A stretch of 64,000 nt of DNA from Minisyncoccota bacterium (GCA_035994985.1 DASYKZ010000008.1:3643-67642), one strand, 5' to 3'; positions 47,113 to 56,886 are shown, numbered from the stretch's first letter. The notes: generated from the letters alone by a model not told the origin. A program made the numbers and translations.

Positions 47113-47541
47113 ATGTTATTACCGAAAAAAGTAAAATTTAGAAAATGGCAGACACAGAGGAGCAATCCAAAGTCGAGGACGCCGGACACCAGGGGCACAA
47201 AGCTTGCTTTTGGTTCTTTCGGCTTGAAATCGGAAACTCAGGCCCGTGTAAAATCAAACCAGATCGAAGCCGCCCGAAAAGTGGTATCCCGTACTCTTAC
47301 GAAAACCGGCAAATACTGGATTCGTATTTTCCCCGACCGACCATTTACCAGTAAAGCTGCGGAAGTAGGAATGGGAAAGGGAAAGGGAGATCCGCAAGGG
47401 TATTGTTTTGACGTGGCTCCAGGACGCATCATTTTTGAAGTAGACGGCGCGCCGGAAGCGATAGCAAGGGAAGCCCTAAGGAAGGCCGGCAGCAAGCTCC
47501 CGGTCAAGACAAGGATAATTTCCAGGGTTCACAAGCAATAA
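47113..47541 (+). CDS. rplP: 50S ribosomal protein L16
   Basis: MLLPKKVKFRKWQTQRSN... RIFPDRPFTSKAAEVGMGKGKG. Confidence 0.9.
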   Translation: MLLPKKVKFRKWQTQRSNPKSRTPDTRGTKLAFGSFGLKSETQARVKSNQIEAARKVVSRTLTKTGKYWIRIFPDRPFTSKAAEVGMGKGKGDPQGYCFDVAPGRIIFEVDGAPEAIAREALRKAGSKLPVKTRIISRVHKQ

Positions 47542-47545
47542 TTAT

Positions 47546-47749
47546 ATGGCAAAGAAAAAGGAAAATTTAAAAGATGTGGGAAGTGCCGAGCTGGAAAAAA
47601 ATCTGGCGACTCTTGGGGAGAGTTTGCGAGTCATCAGATTCAAAGCCGAGGGCTCAAAATCAAAGAATGTAAAAGAAGCGTCAGCGCTAAAGAGAAAAAT
47701 AGCTCAAGCGATGACGGCCTTAAACCAAAAAAAGCAAGCAGTTAAATAA
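47546..47749 (+). CDS. rpmC: 50S ribosomal protein L29
   Basis: 67 aa, position between rplP and rpsQ, ELEKNL...[11 protein letters not shown]. Confidence 0.8.
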   Translation: MAKKKENLKDVGSAELEKNLATLGESLRVIRFKAEGSKSKNVKEASALKRKIAQAMTALNQKKQAVK

Positions 47750-47772
47750 TCACGCCAAAGGCGCTACCAAGT

Positions 47773-48042
47773 ATGAAAACCAAAACAGCAAAAACAAAAG
47801 ACGCAGCAGCCAAAGAAGGTAATATCCTAAAGGGTAAAGTCGTAGGGGACAAGATGGACAAGACTGTCGTGGTTTCCGTTTCCCGTTTTATCAAGCACCC
47901 ATTGTACGGAAAATTTTACAAAGTCAGCAAGAAGTACAAGGCGCATGACGAGGAAAACAAATCCAAAGTAGGCGACACTGTAGAGATGATAGAAGTCCGC
48001 CCTATGTCCAAGGACAAGCGTTTTAAAGTAATTTATAAATAG
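47773..48042 (+). CDS. rpsQ: 30S ribosomal protein S17
   Basis: [43 protein letters not shown]. Confidence 0.9.
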   Translation: MKTKTAKTKDAAAKEGNILKGKVVGDKMDKTVVVSVSRFIKHPLYGKFYKVSKKYKAHDEENKSKVGDTVEMIEVRPMSKDKRFKVIYK

Positions 48043-48069
48043 ATAATTTCCCGCCATAGGCGGACAAGT

Positions 48070-48441
48070 ATGATACAACCAGAAACATTAGTAAAAATAA
48101 CAGACAACGCCGGAGGCACCGTAGGAAAGGTGTTCAAGGTTTTAGGCTCTTCCAAAAAGAGATATGCCAGTATCGGCGAACTCGTTATAATTTCGGTCAA
48201 AGTAGCCAGCCCCCGGAAAGGAGTCAAAAAGAAAGACGTGCATCAGGCTGTCGTCGTCCGCACTAGAGCGGCATACCGCCGGAAGGACGGTTCATATATC
48301 CGCTTTGATGACAATGCAGTGGTGATTTTAGAAAAAGGCAAGAAAGACCCAAAAGCCGGACGCGTGTTCGGGCCGATTCCAAGAGAGCTTGCAGAGAAAG
48401 GTTTCCAGAAGATAATTTCCTTAGCACCCGAAGTGATATAG
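48070..48441 (+). CDS. rplN: 50S ribosomal protein L14
   Basis: MIQPETLVKITDNAGGT ... VVVRTRAAYRRKDGSYIRFDDNAVV. Confidence 0.9.
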   Translation: MIQPETLVKITDNAGGTVGKVFKVLGSSKKRYASIGELVIISVKVASPRKGVKKKDVHQAVVVRTRAAYRRKDGSYIRFDDNAVVILEKGKKDPKAGRVFGPIPRELAEKGFQKIISLAPEVI

Positions 48442-48464
48442 ACAATACAAATTTTGATAAATAT

Positions 48465-48770
48465 ATGAAATTAAAAAAAGGAGACAACGTAATAGTAATC
48501 ACAGGCAAGGACAAAGGCAAAAAAGGAAAAATTGTCCGCGTCTTGTTAACTTCTAACAAGGTTATCGTAGAAGGCATAAATATGATTAAGAAGCATCAGC
48601 GCCCTCGCCGGTCCGGAGAGAAAGGCTCTATGAGAGATATGCCGACCCCGATGAGCGCTTCAAACGTCATGATGCTCGACCCAAAGAGCGGAAAGGCTAC
48701 CCGCCTCGGCAAAAAGAAAGTAGGCGACAAGATGGTCCGGATTGCAAGAAAGAGCAATCAAGAAATATAG
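48465..48770 (+). CDS. rplX: 50S ribosomal protein L24
   Basis: MKLKKGDNVIVITGKDKGKKGKIVRV (KOW motif). Confidence 0.85.
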   Translation: MKLKKGDNVIVITGKDKGKKGKIVRVLLTSNKVIVEGINMIKKHQRPRRSGEKGSMRDMPTPMSASNVMMLDPKSGKATRLGKKKVGDKMVRIARKSNQEI

Positions 48771-48786
48771 TAAGAAATATAAATAT

Positions 48787-49341
48787 ATGGCAAACAAACA
48801 CATGACAGTAAAAGAAAAGGAAACGGAAGCATTTTCAAAGATGAAAGCTGATTTTCATTATAAAAATGCCATGGCTGCACCAAAGCTGCAAAAAATTACA
48901 ATCAATGTAGGCACAGGCACTGCTATCAAAAAAGACAAGAATAAAAACGATGCTATATCCGACCGTTTGGCGAAAATTACCGGCCAACAGCCTACTAAAG
49001 TCGGCGCAAAGAAATCTATCGCCTCTTTCAAAATCCGCCAAGGCGACCCTATCGGTATCGTGGTCACTCTCCGCGGCAAGAGGATGTATGCACTTTTGGA
49101 CAAGCTCATAAACGTAGCTCTTCCCCGTACTAAAGACTTTCGGGGCATCAACCGCACCTCAGTGGACAGCATCGGCAACGTGACTATCGGCATAAAAGAA
49201 CACACTATTTTTCCGGAAACAGCCGACGAAGACAGCCGCGATGTGTTTGGCATGTCGCTGACTATAGGCTCTACAGCGAAAGATAAAAAAGAAGGCATGG
49301 CTTTCTTCACACTCCTCGGCATTCCTTTCAAGAAGGAATAA
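48787..49341 (+). CDS. rplE: 50S ribosomal protein L5
   Basis: PKLQKITINVGTGTA ... IGIVVTLRGKRMYALLDKLINVALPRTKDFRGIN; start at MANKHM preferred over overlapping upstream ATG. Confidence 0.9.
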   Translation: MANKHMTVKEKETEAFSKMKADFHYKNAMAAPKLQKITINVGTGTAIKKDKNKNDAISDRLAKITGQQPTKVGAKKSIASFKIRQGDPIGIVVTLRGKRMYALLDKLINVALPRTKDFRGINRTSVDSIGNVTIGIKEHTIFPETADEDSRDVFGMSLTIGSTAKDKKEGMAFFTLLGIPFKKE

Positions 49342-49477
49342 TTGACTAATTAAGACAATTTTATATAATTTAAAAATGAAAGAATTAAAGCTTTTTACAA
49401 TGGTAATCAAAACCCTAATTATTCGTCATATATAAGTGTGTGTTGTTATTAACAATCTATATTAGTATAATAATATT

Positions 49478-49969
49478 ATGAACGATGTAAATCATGAAAA
49501 AATAGAAAATTTAGCATTGAGTATATTAGATAGTTATAATATTACAGAACCAGTAGTTGATGTTACCAAGATAGCTAAAGATAAAGGAATAGAAATTAAG
49601 GAGATATCAATGCCTACGGGATATAACGAGGTTGCTGGTTTCTATGACAAAGATCAAAAAACTATTTATATTGAAGCTAGCGACAAACCATCTCGAAAAT
49701 TGTTTACCATTGCACATGAATTGGGCCATATTTTTTTGGAGCATACAAATTATGGTGTTCTTTTTCGAATTCCTAAAAAGGATGCAAATTACATAAAAGA
49801 GGAAAAAGAAGCTAATAGTTTTGCAGCTAATTTATTAATGCCAGTAAACATGGTATTTGATTATATGGAAAAATATAATCTTTCTCATTCGGACTACAAA
49901 AAAATGTCCGATATATTTGGTGTTCCTATAGTTGCTATGAAAATGCGACTAGAAGACCATCTTAAATAA
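49478..49969 (+). CDS. ImmA/IrrE-family (DUF955) zinc metallopeptidase
   Basis: HELGHIFLEH (HExxH) with downstream conserved Asn/Glu region; AT-rich gene inserted between rplE and rpsN. Confidence 0.6.
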   Translation: MNDVNHEKIENLALSILDSYNITEPVVDVTKIAKDKGIEIKEISMPTGYNEVAGFYDKDQKTIYIEASDKPSRKLFTIAHELGHIFLEHTNYGVLFRIPKKDANYIKEEKEANSFAANLLMPVNMVFDYMEKYNLSHSDYKKMSDIFGVPIVAMKMRLEDHLK

Positions 49970-49970
49970 T

Positions 49971-50339
49971 ATGGATGAAGTAGAAATAAAACCAGAAGAT
50001 ATTGTTTCCAAGTTGAGTAATTCTGGTAGTGACGTAGATGAGAGTACTTTCTATTGGTTCGATAAGTTACAACAAGAAAAAAAGGAAACAGAAACAACAG
50101 AAAAAAAGGAAAATGAAGGTATTCTGGGCATGAGGAAAGTGTGGTCTCGCACAGTTCTTTGTCTAATTGTAGCGATAGTTATTTTTGATATGGTGCTTGT
50201 TATTTTGTATGGGTTGGGAAAGTTAGATTTCCAAGACTCAAATGTTGTAATTGTTATTATAACTGATAATTTTCTAAAGATTTTTGGTTTAGGATATTTA
50301 ATTACTAGAGAAATTTTCAAGAAAATCTACCATAGATAG
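49971..50339 (+). CDS. hypothetical protein with acidic/Lys-rich N-terminus and one TM helix
   Basis: 122 aa, translationally coupled to ImmA-like gene (stop/start overlap). Confidence 0.35.
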   Translation: MDEVEIKPEDIVSKLSNSGSDVDESTFYWFDKLQQEKKETETTEKKENEGILGMRKVWSRTVLCLIVAIVIFDMVLVILYGLGKLDFQDSNVVIVIITDNFLKIFGLGYLITREIFKKIYHR

Positions 50340-50544
50340 TCTTTAAGTTGACTATTTTTGGTAAATTTGCTACTATCTAAGTAGGGGAATATGGCTTTGA
50401 TTAATCCGCTTTTCTCCTTTAGACCTTATATTGCTTAGTCAATTTGGGCTTAAAGAAAAAAAGTGAGATATTATTGAAGTTTAGCTCCGACCAGAGTCGG
50501 AGTAATGATTTTAATAGTCATTTCATTCCTTTAAAATAAATCAT

Positions 50545-50730
50545 ATGGCAAAAACATCCGTTATAGCGCGAAGCAAAAAGACACCAAAGTTCAGCACCCG
50601 GCAAAAAAACCGATGTTTTCGCTGCGGCCGGGGCAAGGCTTTCATGAGGGATTTCGGCCTATGCCGTATTTGTTTCAGGGAATTAGCAAATGAAGGAATG
50701 TTGCCAGGGGTTCGCAAATCGAGCTGGTAG
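50545..50730 (+). CDS. rpsN: 30S ribosomal protein S14 type Z (zinc-binding)
   Basis: 61 aa, CFRCGRGKA...CRICFRE. Confidence 0.85.
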   Translation: MAKTSVIARSKKTPKFSTRQKNRCFRCGRGKAFMRDFGLCRICFRELANEGMLPGVRKSSW

Positions 50731-50750
50731 CTATAATTATTTTGATTTAT

Positions 50751-51137
50751 ATGGATTCAATTTCAAACATGTTAATAATGATGAAGAACGGAGGCCTTGC
50801 CGGCAAGGAGTCTGTTTCTTTTCCATATTCCAAAGTCAAAAACGCCATCGGCGAATGTTTGAAAAAAGAAGGCTATGTAAAGCAAGTGGTCAAGAGGACA
50901 AAAAAAGGCTTTCCCGTCCTGGAAGTGGAGCTGGCATATACAGATAAAAAGCCAAAAATCATGGAAGTAGAGAGAATTTCAAAATTGTCACGACGCGTGT
51001 ATTTCGGAGTAAAAGACATCCACAAAGTCAGAAACGGTTCAGGCTTGCTGGTGCTTTCTACTCCAAAAGGAATTTTATCAGGGGGAGATGCCCGCAAAGA
51101 GCAGGTAGGAGGCGAAGCATTATTCAGAATTTGGTAG
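50751..51137 (+). CDS. rpsH: 30S ribosomal protein S8
   Basis: MDSISNMLIMMKNG ... GGEALFRIW. Confidence 0.9.
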   Translation: MDSISNMLIMMKNGGLAGKESVSFPYSKVKNAIGECLKKEGYVKQVVKRTKKGFPVLEVELAYTDKKPKIMEVERISKLSRRVYFGVKDIHKVRNGSGLLVLSTPKGILSGGDARKEQVGGEALFRIW

Positions 51138-51164
51138 TTCATAGGATTTAAATAATAAAAATAT

Positions 51165-51698
51165 ATGTCACGAATAGGAAAACAAGAAATACTAATACCA
51201 AACGGAGTCAAAGTCACCCAAAATGGCGAAGTTATTTCTGTTACCGGCTCCAAGGGTACGCTCTCAAAGATTTTCCGCGACGACATTGATATAAAAATAG
51301 AAGCGGACAAAATCACTTTAAATATAAAAAGAAACGACAAATTTTCAAAGTCTCTTTGGGGCACATACGCTTCACACCTTAAAAATATGATTGCCGGGGT
51401 AGAAACTCCATATCAAAAGAAATTAATATTGGAGGGTATCGGATTCAAGTCTGAAGTAAAAGGCAAAGAGATTCATTTTGCTCTCGGCTTCTCTCATCCG
51501 GTCATAGTGCCGATTCCAGAAGGGCTTACAGTCACAGCCGAAAAGAACAACATTACAGTTTCAGGTATCGACAAAGAATTAGTCGGAAGCTTTACAGCCT
51601 CTGTGCGTGCCAAAAAGAAGCCTGAGCCTTACAAGGGCAAGGGTATGCGCTATGAAGGTGAAGTAATCAGGCGCAAGCAGGGCAAGAAGACAGTATAG
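51165..51698 (+). CDS. rplF: 50S ribosomal protein L6
   Basis: MSRIGKQEILIPNGVKVT, two L6 alpha/beta domains. Confidence 0.9.
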   Translation: MSRIGKQEILIPNGVKVTQNGEVISVTGSKGTLSKIFRDDIDIKIEADKITLNIKRNDKFSKSLWGTYASHLKNMIAGVETPYQKKLILEGIGFKSEVKGKEIHFALGFSHPVIVPIPEGLTVTAEKNNITVSGIDKELVGSFTASVRAKKKPEPYKGKGMRYEGEVIRRKQGKKTV

Positions 51699-51722
51699 GG
51701 CGAGGATTTAGAGAATAAAAAG

Positions 51723-52064
51723 ATGATAAATAAAACTGACAAAAGAATACGATTAAAGAAAAGGATTAGAGTAAAAATGAACGGTACGCCAGCGCGCCCA
51801 CGGCTTTCCATTTTCCGCTCAAACAAATTCATCTACGCGCAGGTCATCGATGACACCGCCGGGAAGACACTTACTGCTGCGAGCGACGTGAAGATAACCA
51901 AGGGTACAAAGAACGAGCGGGCAAAGCAAGTCGGCAAGCTCATCGGTGAATTTTGCCTGAAACAAAAAATCAGCAATGTTGTTTTCGACAGAAACGGATT
52001 CAAATATACCGGCCGGATAAAATTATTAGCAGATGAAGCCAGAGCTTCCGGACTGAAATTTTAA
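51723..52064 (+). CDS. rplR: 50S ribosomal protein L18
   Basis: [31 protein letters not shown]. Confidence 0.85.
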   Translation: MINKTDKRIRLKKRIRVKMNGTPARPRLSIFRSNKFIYAQVIDDTAGKTLTAASDVKITKGTKNERAKQVGKLIGEFCLKQKISNVVFDRNGFKYTGRIKLLADEARASGLKF

Positions 52065-52090
52065 TTGACGAGTAATATAATTGTAATTAT

Positions 52091-52651
52091 ATGGATAAAC
52101 CAAACCCACAAGCGAATAATACGGATACAAGAAGGAATAACCCGAGGAGAGGCTCTTCTTTCGGCCGGCCAAAACCGGAATTTGACCAGAAGATTTTAAA
52201 TATCCGCCGGGTTACCCGGGTCACGAGTGGCGGACGCAGGTTTTCTTTTAGCGTCGCCTTGGTTGCCGGAGACCGCAAAGGCTCTATCGGGCTTGGCCTT
52301 GGCAAAGCCGGAGATACGGCGCTTGCTATCAATAAAGCCGTCAAAAATGCCAAGAAAAACATGGTTAAGCTCAATCTGACAAAGACAATGAGTATTCCCC
52401 ACGAGCTTTCTGCCAAGTTTTCCGGCAGTTCTGTGGTTCTCATCCCAAATAAAGGGCGCGGAATCGTAGCGGGAACAGTGGTGCGCGATATCATAAAGCT
52501 CTCCGGCATGAAAGACATTACAGGGAAGATTTTATCCAAGAGTAAAAATAAACTGAACAATTCCAAAGCAGTCATGAAAGCGCTTGCTCCTGTTTCCTTA
52601 AAGTATACAAAAGTAGTAAAGCCGGCAGTTCCAAAAACTGTAGCAGAATAA
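52091..52651 (+). CDS. rpsE: 30S ribosomal protein S5
   Basis: ILNIRRVTRVTSGGRRFSFSVALVAGDRKGSIGLGLGKAGDTALAINKA. Confidence 0.9.
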   Translation: MDKPNPQANNTDTRRNNPRRGSSFGRPKPEFDQKILNIRRVTRVTSGGRRFSFSVALVAGDRKGSIGLGLGKAGDTALAINKAVKNAKKNMVKLNLTKTMSIPHELSAKFSGSSVVLIPNKGRGIVAGTVVRDIIKLSGMKDITGKILSKSKNKLNNSKAVMKALAPVSLKYTKVVKPAVPKTVAE

Positions 52652-52655
52652 TTTT

Positions 52656-52955
52656 ATGCAAATACATGACTTAAAAAGAACTCATAAGAACAAGAAGGAC
52701 AGGATGGTCGGCCGCGGAGGCAAGCATGCCAAGACTTCAGGCCGCGGAGGCAAAGGGCAGACAGCCCGCGCCGGAAACAAACGCCGCCCCGAACTTCGTG
52801 ATATCATAAAGAAGCTCCCAAAGAACAGGGGATATAGCTTCAATTCTAAAAAGAAGCCGCTTATCCTCACGAGTGATAAGGTGACCAAGGGCGAAAAGTT
52901 TTCCGAGATACGAAAGCGCTTGGGCGTGAAAGGAAAAAAGATTATACTAAAGTAA
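52656..52955 (+). CDS. rplO: 50S ribosomal protein L15 (short form); no rpmD (L30) between rpsE and rplO
   Basis: RVGRGGKHAKTSGRGGKGQTARAG Gly/Arg-rich N-terminus. Confidence 0.7.
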   Translation: MQIHDLKRTHKNKKDRMVGRGGKHAKTSGRGGKGQTARAGNKRRPELRDIIKKLPKNRGYSFNSKKKPLILTSDKVTKGEKFSEIRKRLGVKGKKIILK

Positions 52956-52986
52956 GCCCAAAGTTAAAACCAGAAGTAAAAATCAT

Positions 52987-54258
52987 ATGCAGAATTTTTT
53001 AAATAAATTAAAATTGGTTTGGACAGACAAATCCTTGCGTAATAGGGTGCTTTTTGTGCTTGCCGCCTTGATAATATTCAGGCTCTTTGCCGCTATTCCT
53101 ATCCCGGGCATCGATACCCTTGCCCTCAACAGATTCCTTTCAAACAACCAATTCCTCGGCATTTTAAACATATTCTCCGGCGGAGGATTGACCAATCTTT
53201 CCATCATCATGCTCGGCGTAGGTCCGTACATTACAGGCTCCATCATCATGCAACTCCTCACTATCATGGTTCCAAGCCTTAAGAAAATGTACAGTGAAGA
53301 AGGCGAAGCAGGCAGAAAGAAATTTACCCAATACTCAAGACTTCTCACCATCCCTCTCGCAGCCATTCAAGGCTACGCTCTTTTAGCTATTTTGGAAAGC
53401 CAGGGAATTTTAGTAAATCTCACAGTTTTTGACCGGGTAGTAGATTTGTTTATCGTCGTTGCCGGTTCGGTGTTCCTGATGTGGCTCGGTGAACTGATTT
53501 CAGAGTTTGGCATCGGCAACGGAGTATCAATCATAATCTTCGCCGGCATCGTTTCCCGTCTTCCGGCCAAAGTGAGCGAGCTCGCTTTTACTTTTGATGC
53601 TTCCCAAATTCCACTATATCTCGGATTCCTCGTGGCAGGGCTTATCGTTATCGCCGCCATTGTTATAGTTACCGAAGCCGAACGCCCTATCCCTGTGACG
53701 TATGCCAAGCGCGTGCGGGGCATGAAGATGTATGGGGGAGGGTCTACATACCTGCCGCTTCGGGTAAACCAAGCGGGAGTTATTCCGATAATTTTCGGCC
53801 TGGCTATTCTTTCTTTCCCGCAGATGATCGGGACTGTGTTGTCGCGGTTTGCCAATCCAATACTGGCAAAAATTTCTGCCGTCCTTGTTTCTTTTAACAA
53901 TACGACTATCCTGTACGCCGTGCTGTACTTTATTTTGGTATTTCTGTTTACGTACTTTTACACTGCAGTTACCTTCGACCCGGAAGCGCTGTCCACAAAC
54001 CTGCAGAAAAATGGCGCATTTATTCCGGGAGTCCGTCCGGGAGTTTCCACTTCAAATTACATCTCCAAGGTGCTTACCCGCATCACGCTTCTCGGCGCTA
54101 TATTCCTTGGTTTCATCGCTGTACTCCCGATAATCATGCAGCACGTTACCGGCATAACCTCGCTCGCTATCGGAGGTACGTCTATCCTCATCGTCGTCTC
54201 TGTAGTCCTCGACCTCATGAAAAAAGTAGACGCGCAAGTGTCTATGCGGGAATACTAA
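52987..54258 (+). CDS. secY: preprotein translocase subunit SecY
   Basis: 423 aa, 10 TM helices, LGVGPYITGSIIMQLL plug/TM2 region. Confidence 0.9.
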   Translation: MQNFLNKLKLVWTDKSLRNRVLFVLAALIIFRLFAAIPIPGIDTLALNRFLSNNQFLGILNIFSGGGLTNLSIIMLGVGPYITGSIIMQLLTIMVPSLKKMYSEEGEAGRKKFTQYSRLLTIPLAAIQGYALLAILESQGILVNLTVFDRVVDLFIVVAGSVFLMWLGELISEFGIGNGVSIIIFAGIVSRLPAKVSELAFTFDASQIPLYLGFLVAGLIVIAAIVIVTEAERPIPVTYAKRVRGMKMYGGGSTYLPLRVNQAGVIPIIFGLAILSFPQMIGTVLSRFANPILAKISAVLVSFNNTTILYAVLYFILVFLFTYFYTAVTFDPEALSTNLQKNGAFIPGVRPGVSTSNYISKVLTRITLLGAIFLGFIAVLPIIMQHVTGITSLAIGGTSILIVVSVVLDLMKKVDAQVSMREY

Positions 54259-54290
54259 AATAGCTAGGTAAGACCTAGTCAAAAAAGATT

Positions 54291-54821
54291 ATGTCTGATG
54301 AAAATCGTAAAATAGAAATAATATTAACTGGAGGAACCATAGACTCTACATGGGACGGTATTTCCGATACTGCAACTGTGAATTCTCATTCAGTCATTCC
54401 AAATTATTTTAAAAAGTTAATTGTTTATCCTGAAGTAAAATTTAATGAAATTTGCATGAAAGACAGCCGACAAATTAACGAGCAAGACATTTCTAAAGTA
54501 CTAGAATCTATTGAAAAAAGTGAAGCTAATAAAATTATTATCACTCACGGCACTTATACAATGCCAGACACTGCTAAGTTCATTGAAGCAAATCTAACCA
54601 GGAAAGACCAAACAATTATTTTTACTGGTTCGATGGTTCCATTGGAAGGATTTTATCCAACCGATGCACCCTTCAACTTAGGTTTTGCAGTTTCAAAATC
54701 CCAGGAATTGTCTCCTGGGATTTACCTGTGCATGAATGGGGAAACATTTACTCCGCAAGAAGTTGCCAAAAATTTAGGAGAAGGCAAGTTTTATTCTATA
54801 TTTCAAAAAAATATTAATTAA
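54291..54821 (+). CDS. L-asparaginase N-terminal-domain-like protein (catalytic Thr motif TGGTIDS), stand-alone
   Basis: IEIILTGGTIDS and HGTYTMPDTA resemble asparaginase/GatD N-domain; only 176 aa (no C-terminal domain). Confidence 0.5.
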   Translation: MSDENRKIEIILTGGTIDSTWDGISDTATVNSHSVIPNYFKKLIVYPEVKFNEICMKDSRQINEQDISKVLESIEKSEANKIIITHGTYTMPDTAKFIEANLTRKDQTIIFTGSMVPLEGFYPTDAPFNLGFAVSKSQELSPGIYLCMNGETFTPQEVAKNLGEGKFYSIFQKNIN

Positions 54822-55400
54822 TTATTCTCTCCACTTTTGGTATTCCGCAATAATAATATCAACAACCTCTTCAAGGTTGTTTTTGTTTGTGTCTATGACT
54901 AGATCAAAGTTAGCTCTGTCGGTGTGATCTACGCCATACAAATCTTGATATCTCTTTCTCTCGGATTCCAATCTTGCAGTTATTTTTTTATAAATTTCTT
55001 CTGGCGTAGAGGAGTCTTCACTTTCCTTGCGTAGCGCATTTTCTTTTAAATTGTTTGATATTCTTTCTTTGGCTATCTCAGGGGGGAGGTCTAGGTAAAC
55101 TTTGAAAGACTCAGGTATAAAGTGGAATGCCATACGAGCATCTATGACACTTTTTTCTACTTCTCCGGCCTTTTTAAGTTCTTCGTCTACTCTTTGGTCT
55201 ACGGTCGGATCGATATTTTGCTGCAGGCTAAGCTCGTTTAATGACATACCCATCTCAAGGGCGACTTTTCGTGTCAGGTCCCCAGCAGAGAAGCGCTTAA
55301 AGCCGAGCTTCTCTGCCAGAAGGTCAGCAGTGCTAGACTTTCCGCTGCCTGGATTTCCGGTTATTGCAATGATTTGTTTTTTTACCATCATTATTATCAT
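54822..55400 (-). CDS. cmk: archaeal-type cytidylate (CMP) kinase
   Basis: IIAITGNPGSGKSS P-loop, FSAGDLTRKVALEMGMSLNEL, IDQRVDE, FDLVIDT; start taken at internal MIIMMVKK (upstream 73 codons lack homology). Confidence 0.6.
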   Translation of the reverse strand: MIIMMVKKQIIAITGNPGSGKSSTADLLAEKLGFKRFSAGDLTRKVALEMGMSLNELSLQQNIDPTVDQRVDEELKKAGEVEKSVIDARMAFHFIPESFKVYLDLPPEIAKERISNNLKENALRKESEDSSTPEEIYKKITARLESERKRYQDLYGVDHTDRANFDLVIDTNKNNLEEVVDIIIAEYQKWRE

Positions 55401-55447
55401 TATACCACAAGGTTGATTTTTAAGCCTAAATTCGCTATTGTTACTAC

Positions 55448-56041
55448 ATGCAACCGCAGACTTTTTTATTTTTTGGAATAGTGGGCTCCGGCAAGGGCAC
55501 TCAGGTGGGTCTCTTGAAGGACTTTTTGAAGTCCAAAGACGGCAAGGAATCCGTGTATATAGGTACAGGGGATATTTTCCGAAAAATAGCCAGTTCCACT
55601 GAAGACAATGAGGATACAAAGAGAGTACAAGGCATTCTGACCTCTGGAAAACTGATGCCTGACGATGAAACTAATATTGTTGTGTCAAAAGCCATGGAGA
55701 CTGAGATGTCAGCAGACAAGCATGTAATTTTTGACGGATATCCAAGGACAGTTTTCCAATCGGAATTTTTTGAAGAAAAAATAAAATTTTACGGCAGGGG
55801 GGATATAAAAATTGTCTATATAGAATTGAGCGAAGCTGAAGCCATGAAGAGAAACCTGCTCCGGGGCAGGGCAGATGATACAGAAGCAGGACTCAAGAAA
55901 AGATTCGATGAATATGTAAACAACGTCGTCCCCGCGATGAATTATTTTAAAGATAAGGCAGGCTACACGATATATACGATAAATGGCGAGCAGTCAGTAG
56001 AAAACGTACAAAAAGAGATTATAAATAAATTAGGTTATTAA
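55448..56041 (+). CDS. adk: adenylate kinase-like NMP kinase
   Basis: GIVGSGKGTQ P-loop, DGYPRT, LID-less short form. Confidence 0.75.
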   Translation: MQPQTFLFFGIVGSGKGTQVGLLKDFLKSKDGKESVYIGTGDIFRKIASSTEDNEDTKRVQGILTSGKLMPDDETNIVVSKAMETEMSADKHVIFDGYPRTVFQSEFFEEKIKFYGRGDIKIVYIELSEAEAMKRNLLRGRADDTEAGLKKRFDEYVNNVVPAMNYFKDKAGYTIYTINGEQSVENVQKEIINKLGY

Positions 56042-56055
56042 CCACGTAGGTAATT

Positions 56056-56748
56056 TTGCTAAATCATATGGAAGAAACAATTATAATTTCACTTGGCGGG
56101 TCAATGATAGTGCCGGAAAAGATAGATATTCAATTCTTGAAAGATTTCAGAACGCTGATACTGGAAGAAGTAAAAAAGGGGAGAAAATTTGTCCTCGTCT
56201 GTGGTGGCGGAGAAACCAACCGCACATACAACGCTGCCGCCCAAGAACTCATAAATCCTTCTACCGAAGATTTGGACTGGATCGGCATTGCAACTATCAT
56301 GCTAAATGCTGAACTTATCCGGGTAATTTTTGGAGAGCACGCGCACCCAAAGGCTATAGCCGACCTGACCAAGCCGCTTGCCGTAGAGAATCCGGTAATT
56401 ATCGGAGGCGCACTAGAGCCGGGGCACAGTTCTGACCTCGATGCGGTGCTTGCGGCAAAAAATTTGAAAGCAAAAAAGATTATTAATTTATCAAATATAG
56501 ACCACGTATACGATTCTGACCCAAGAAAAAATCCAAACGCTAAAAAATTTGAAAAAATTTCCTGGGCAGAATATAGAAAATTAATTCCCGAAGAATGGAG
56601 CTCGAAGCTAAGCACTCCTTTTGACCCGATAGCTTCCAAGGATGCCGAAGAGGCAGGCATCGAAGTCGTGATTATGAATGGCAAACCAATTGATAATCTA
56701 GCAAACTATTTAAATGGAGAGAAATTTTTAGGGACAGTAATTTATTAA
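56056..56748 (+). CDS. pyrH: amino-acid-kinase-family UMP kinase (archaeal-like PyrH)
   Basis: ISLGGSMIV ... VLVCGGGETNR ... IIGGALEPGHSSD. Confidence 0.6.
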   Translation: MLNHMEETIIISLGGSMIVPEKIDIQFLKDFRTLILEEVKKGRKFVLVCGGGETNRTYNAAAQELINPSTEDLDWIGIATIMLNAELIRVIFGEHAHPKAIADLTKPLAVENPVIIGGALEPGHSSDLDAVLAAKNLKAKKIINLSNIDHVYDSDPRKNPNAKKFEKISWAEYRKLIPEEWSSKLSTPFDPIASKDAEEAGIEVVIMNGKPIDNLANYLNGEKFLGTVIY

Positions 56749-56886
56749 TCATGAATTACAAAACTCTTTCTTGGCATACTTTTTATAAAGCAATCTATCT
56801 GGCTCGGCTTCGCCAGCGAACCTGCTCGGACCGTCGCCCTGCGCAAGACTTTCTAAAAAATACGCCTGCAACAAGTTTTTAAAACA

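Noticed and set aside
54822-55619. Full 265-aa minus-strand ORF as the cmk gene
   Set aside because: The first 73 codons (MYPHCLQWNW...) are Cys/Pro-rich and non-homologous and overlap the divergent adk promoter. The internal Met at 55400 gives a normal-length kinase.
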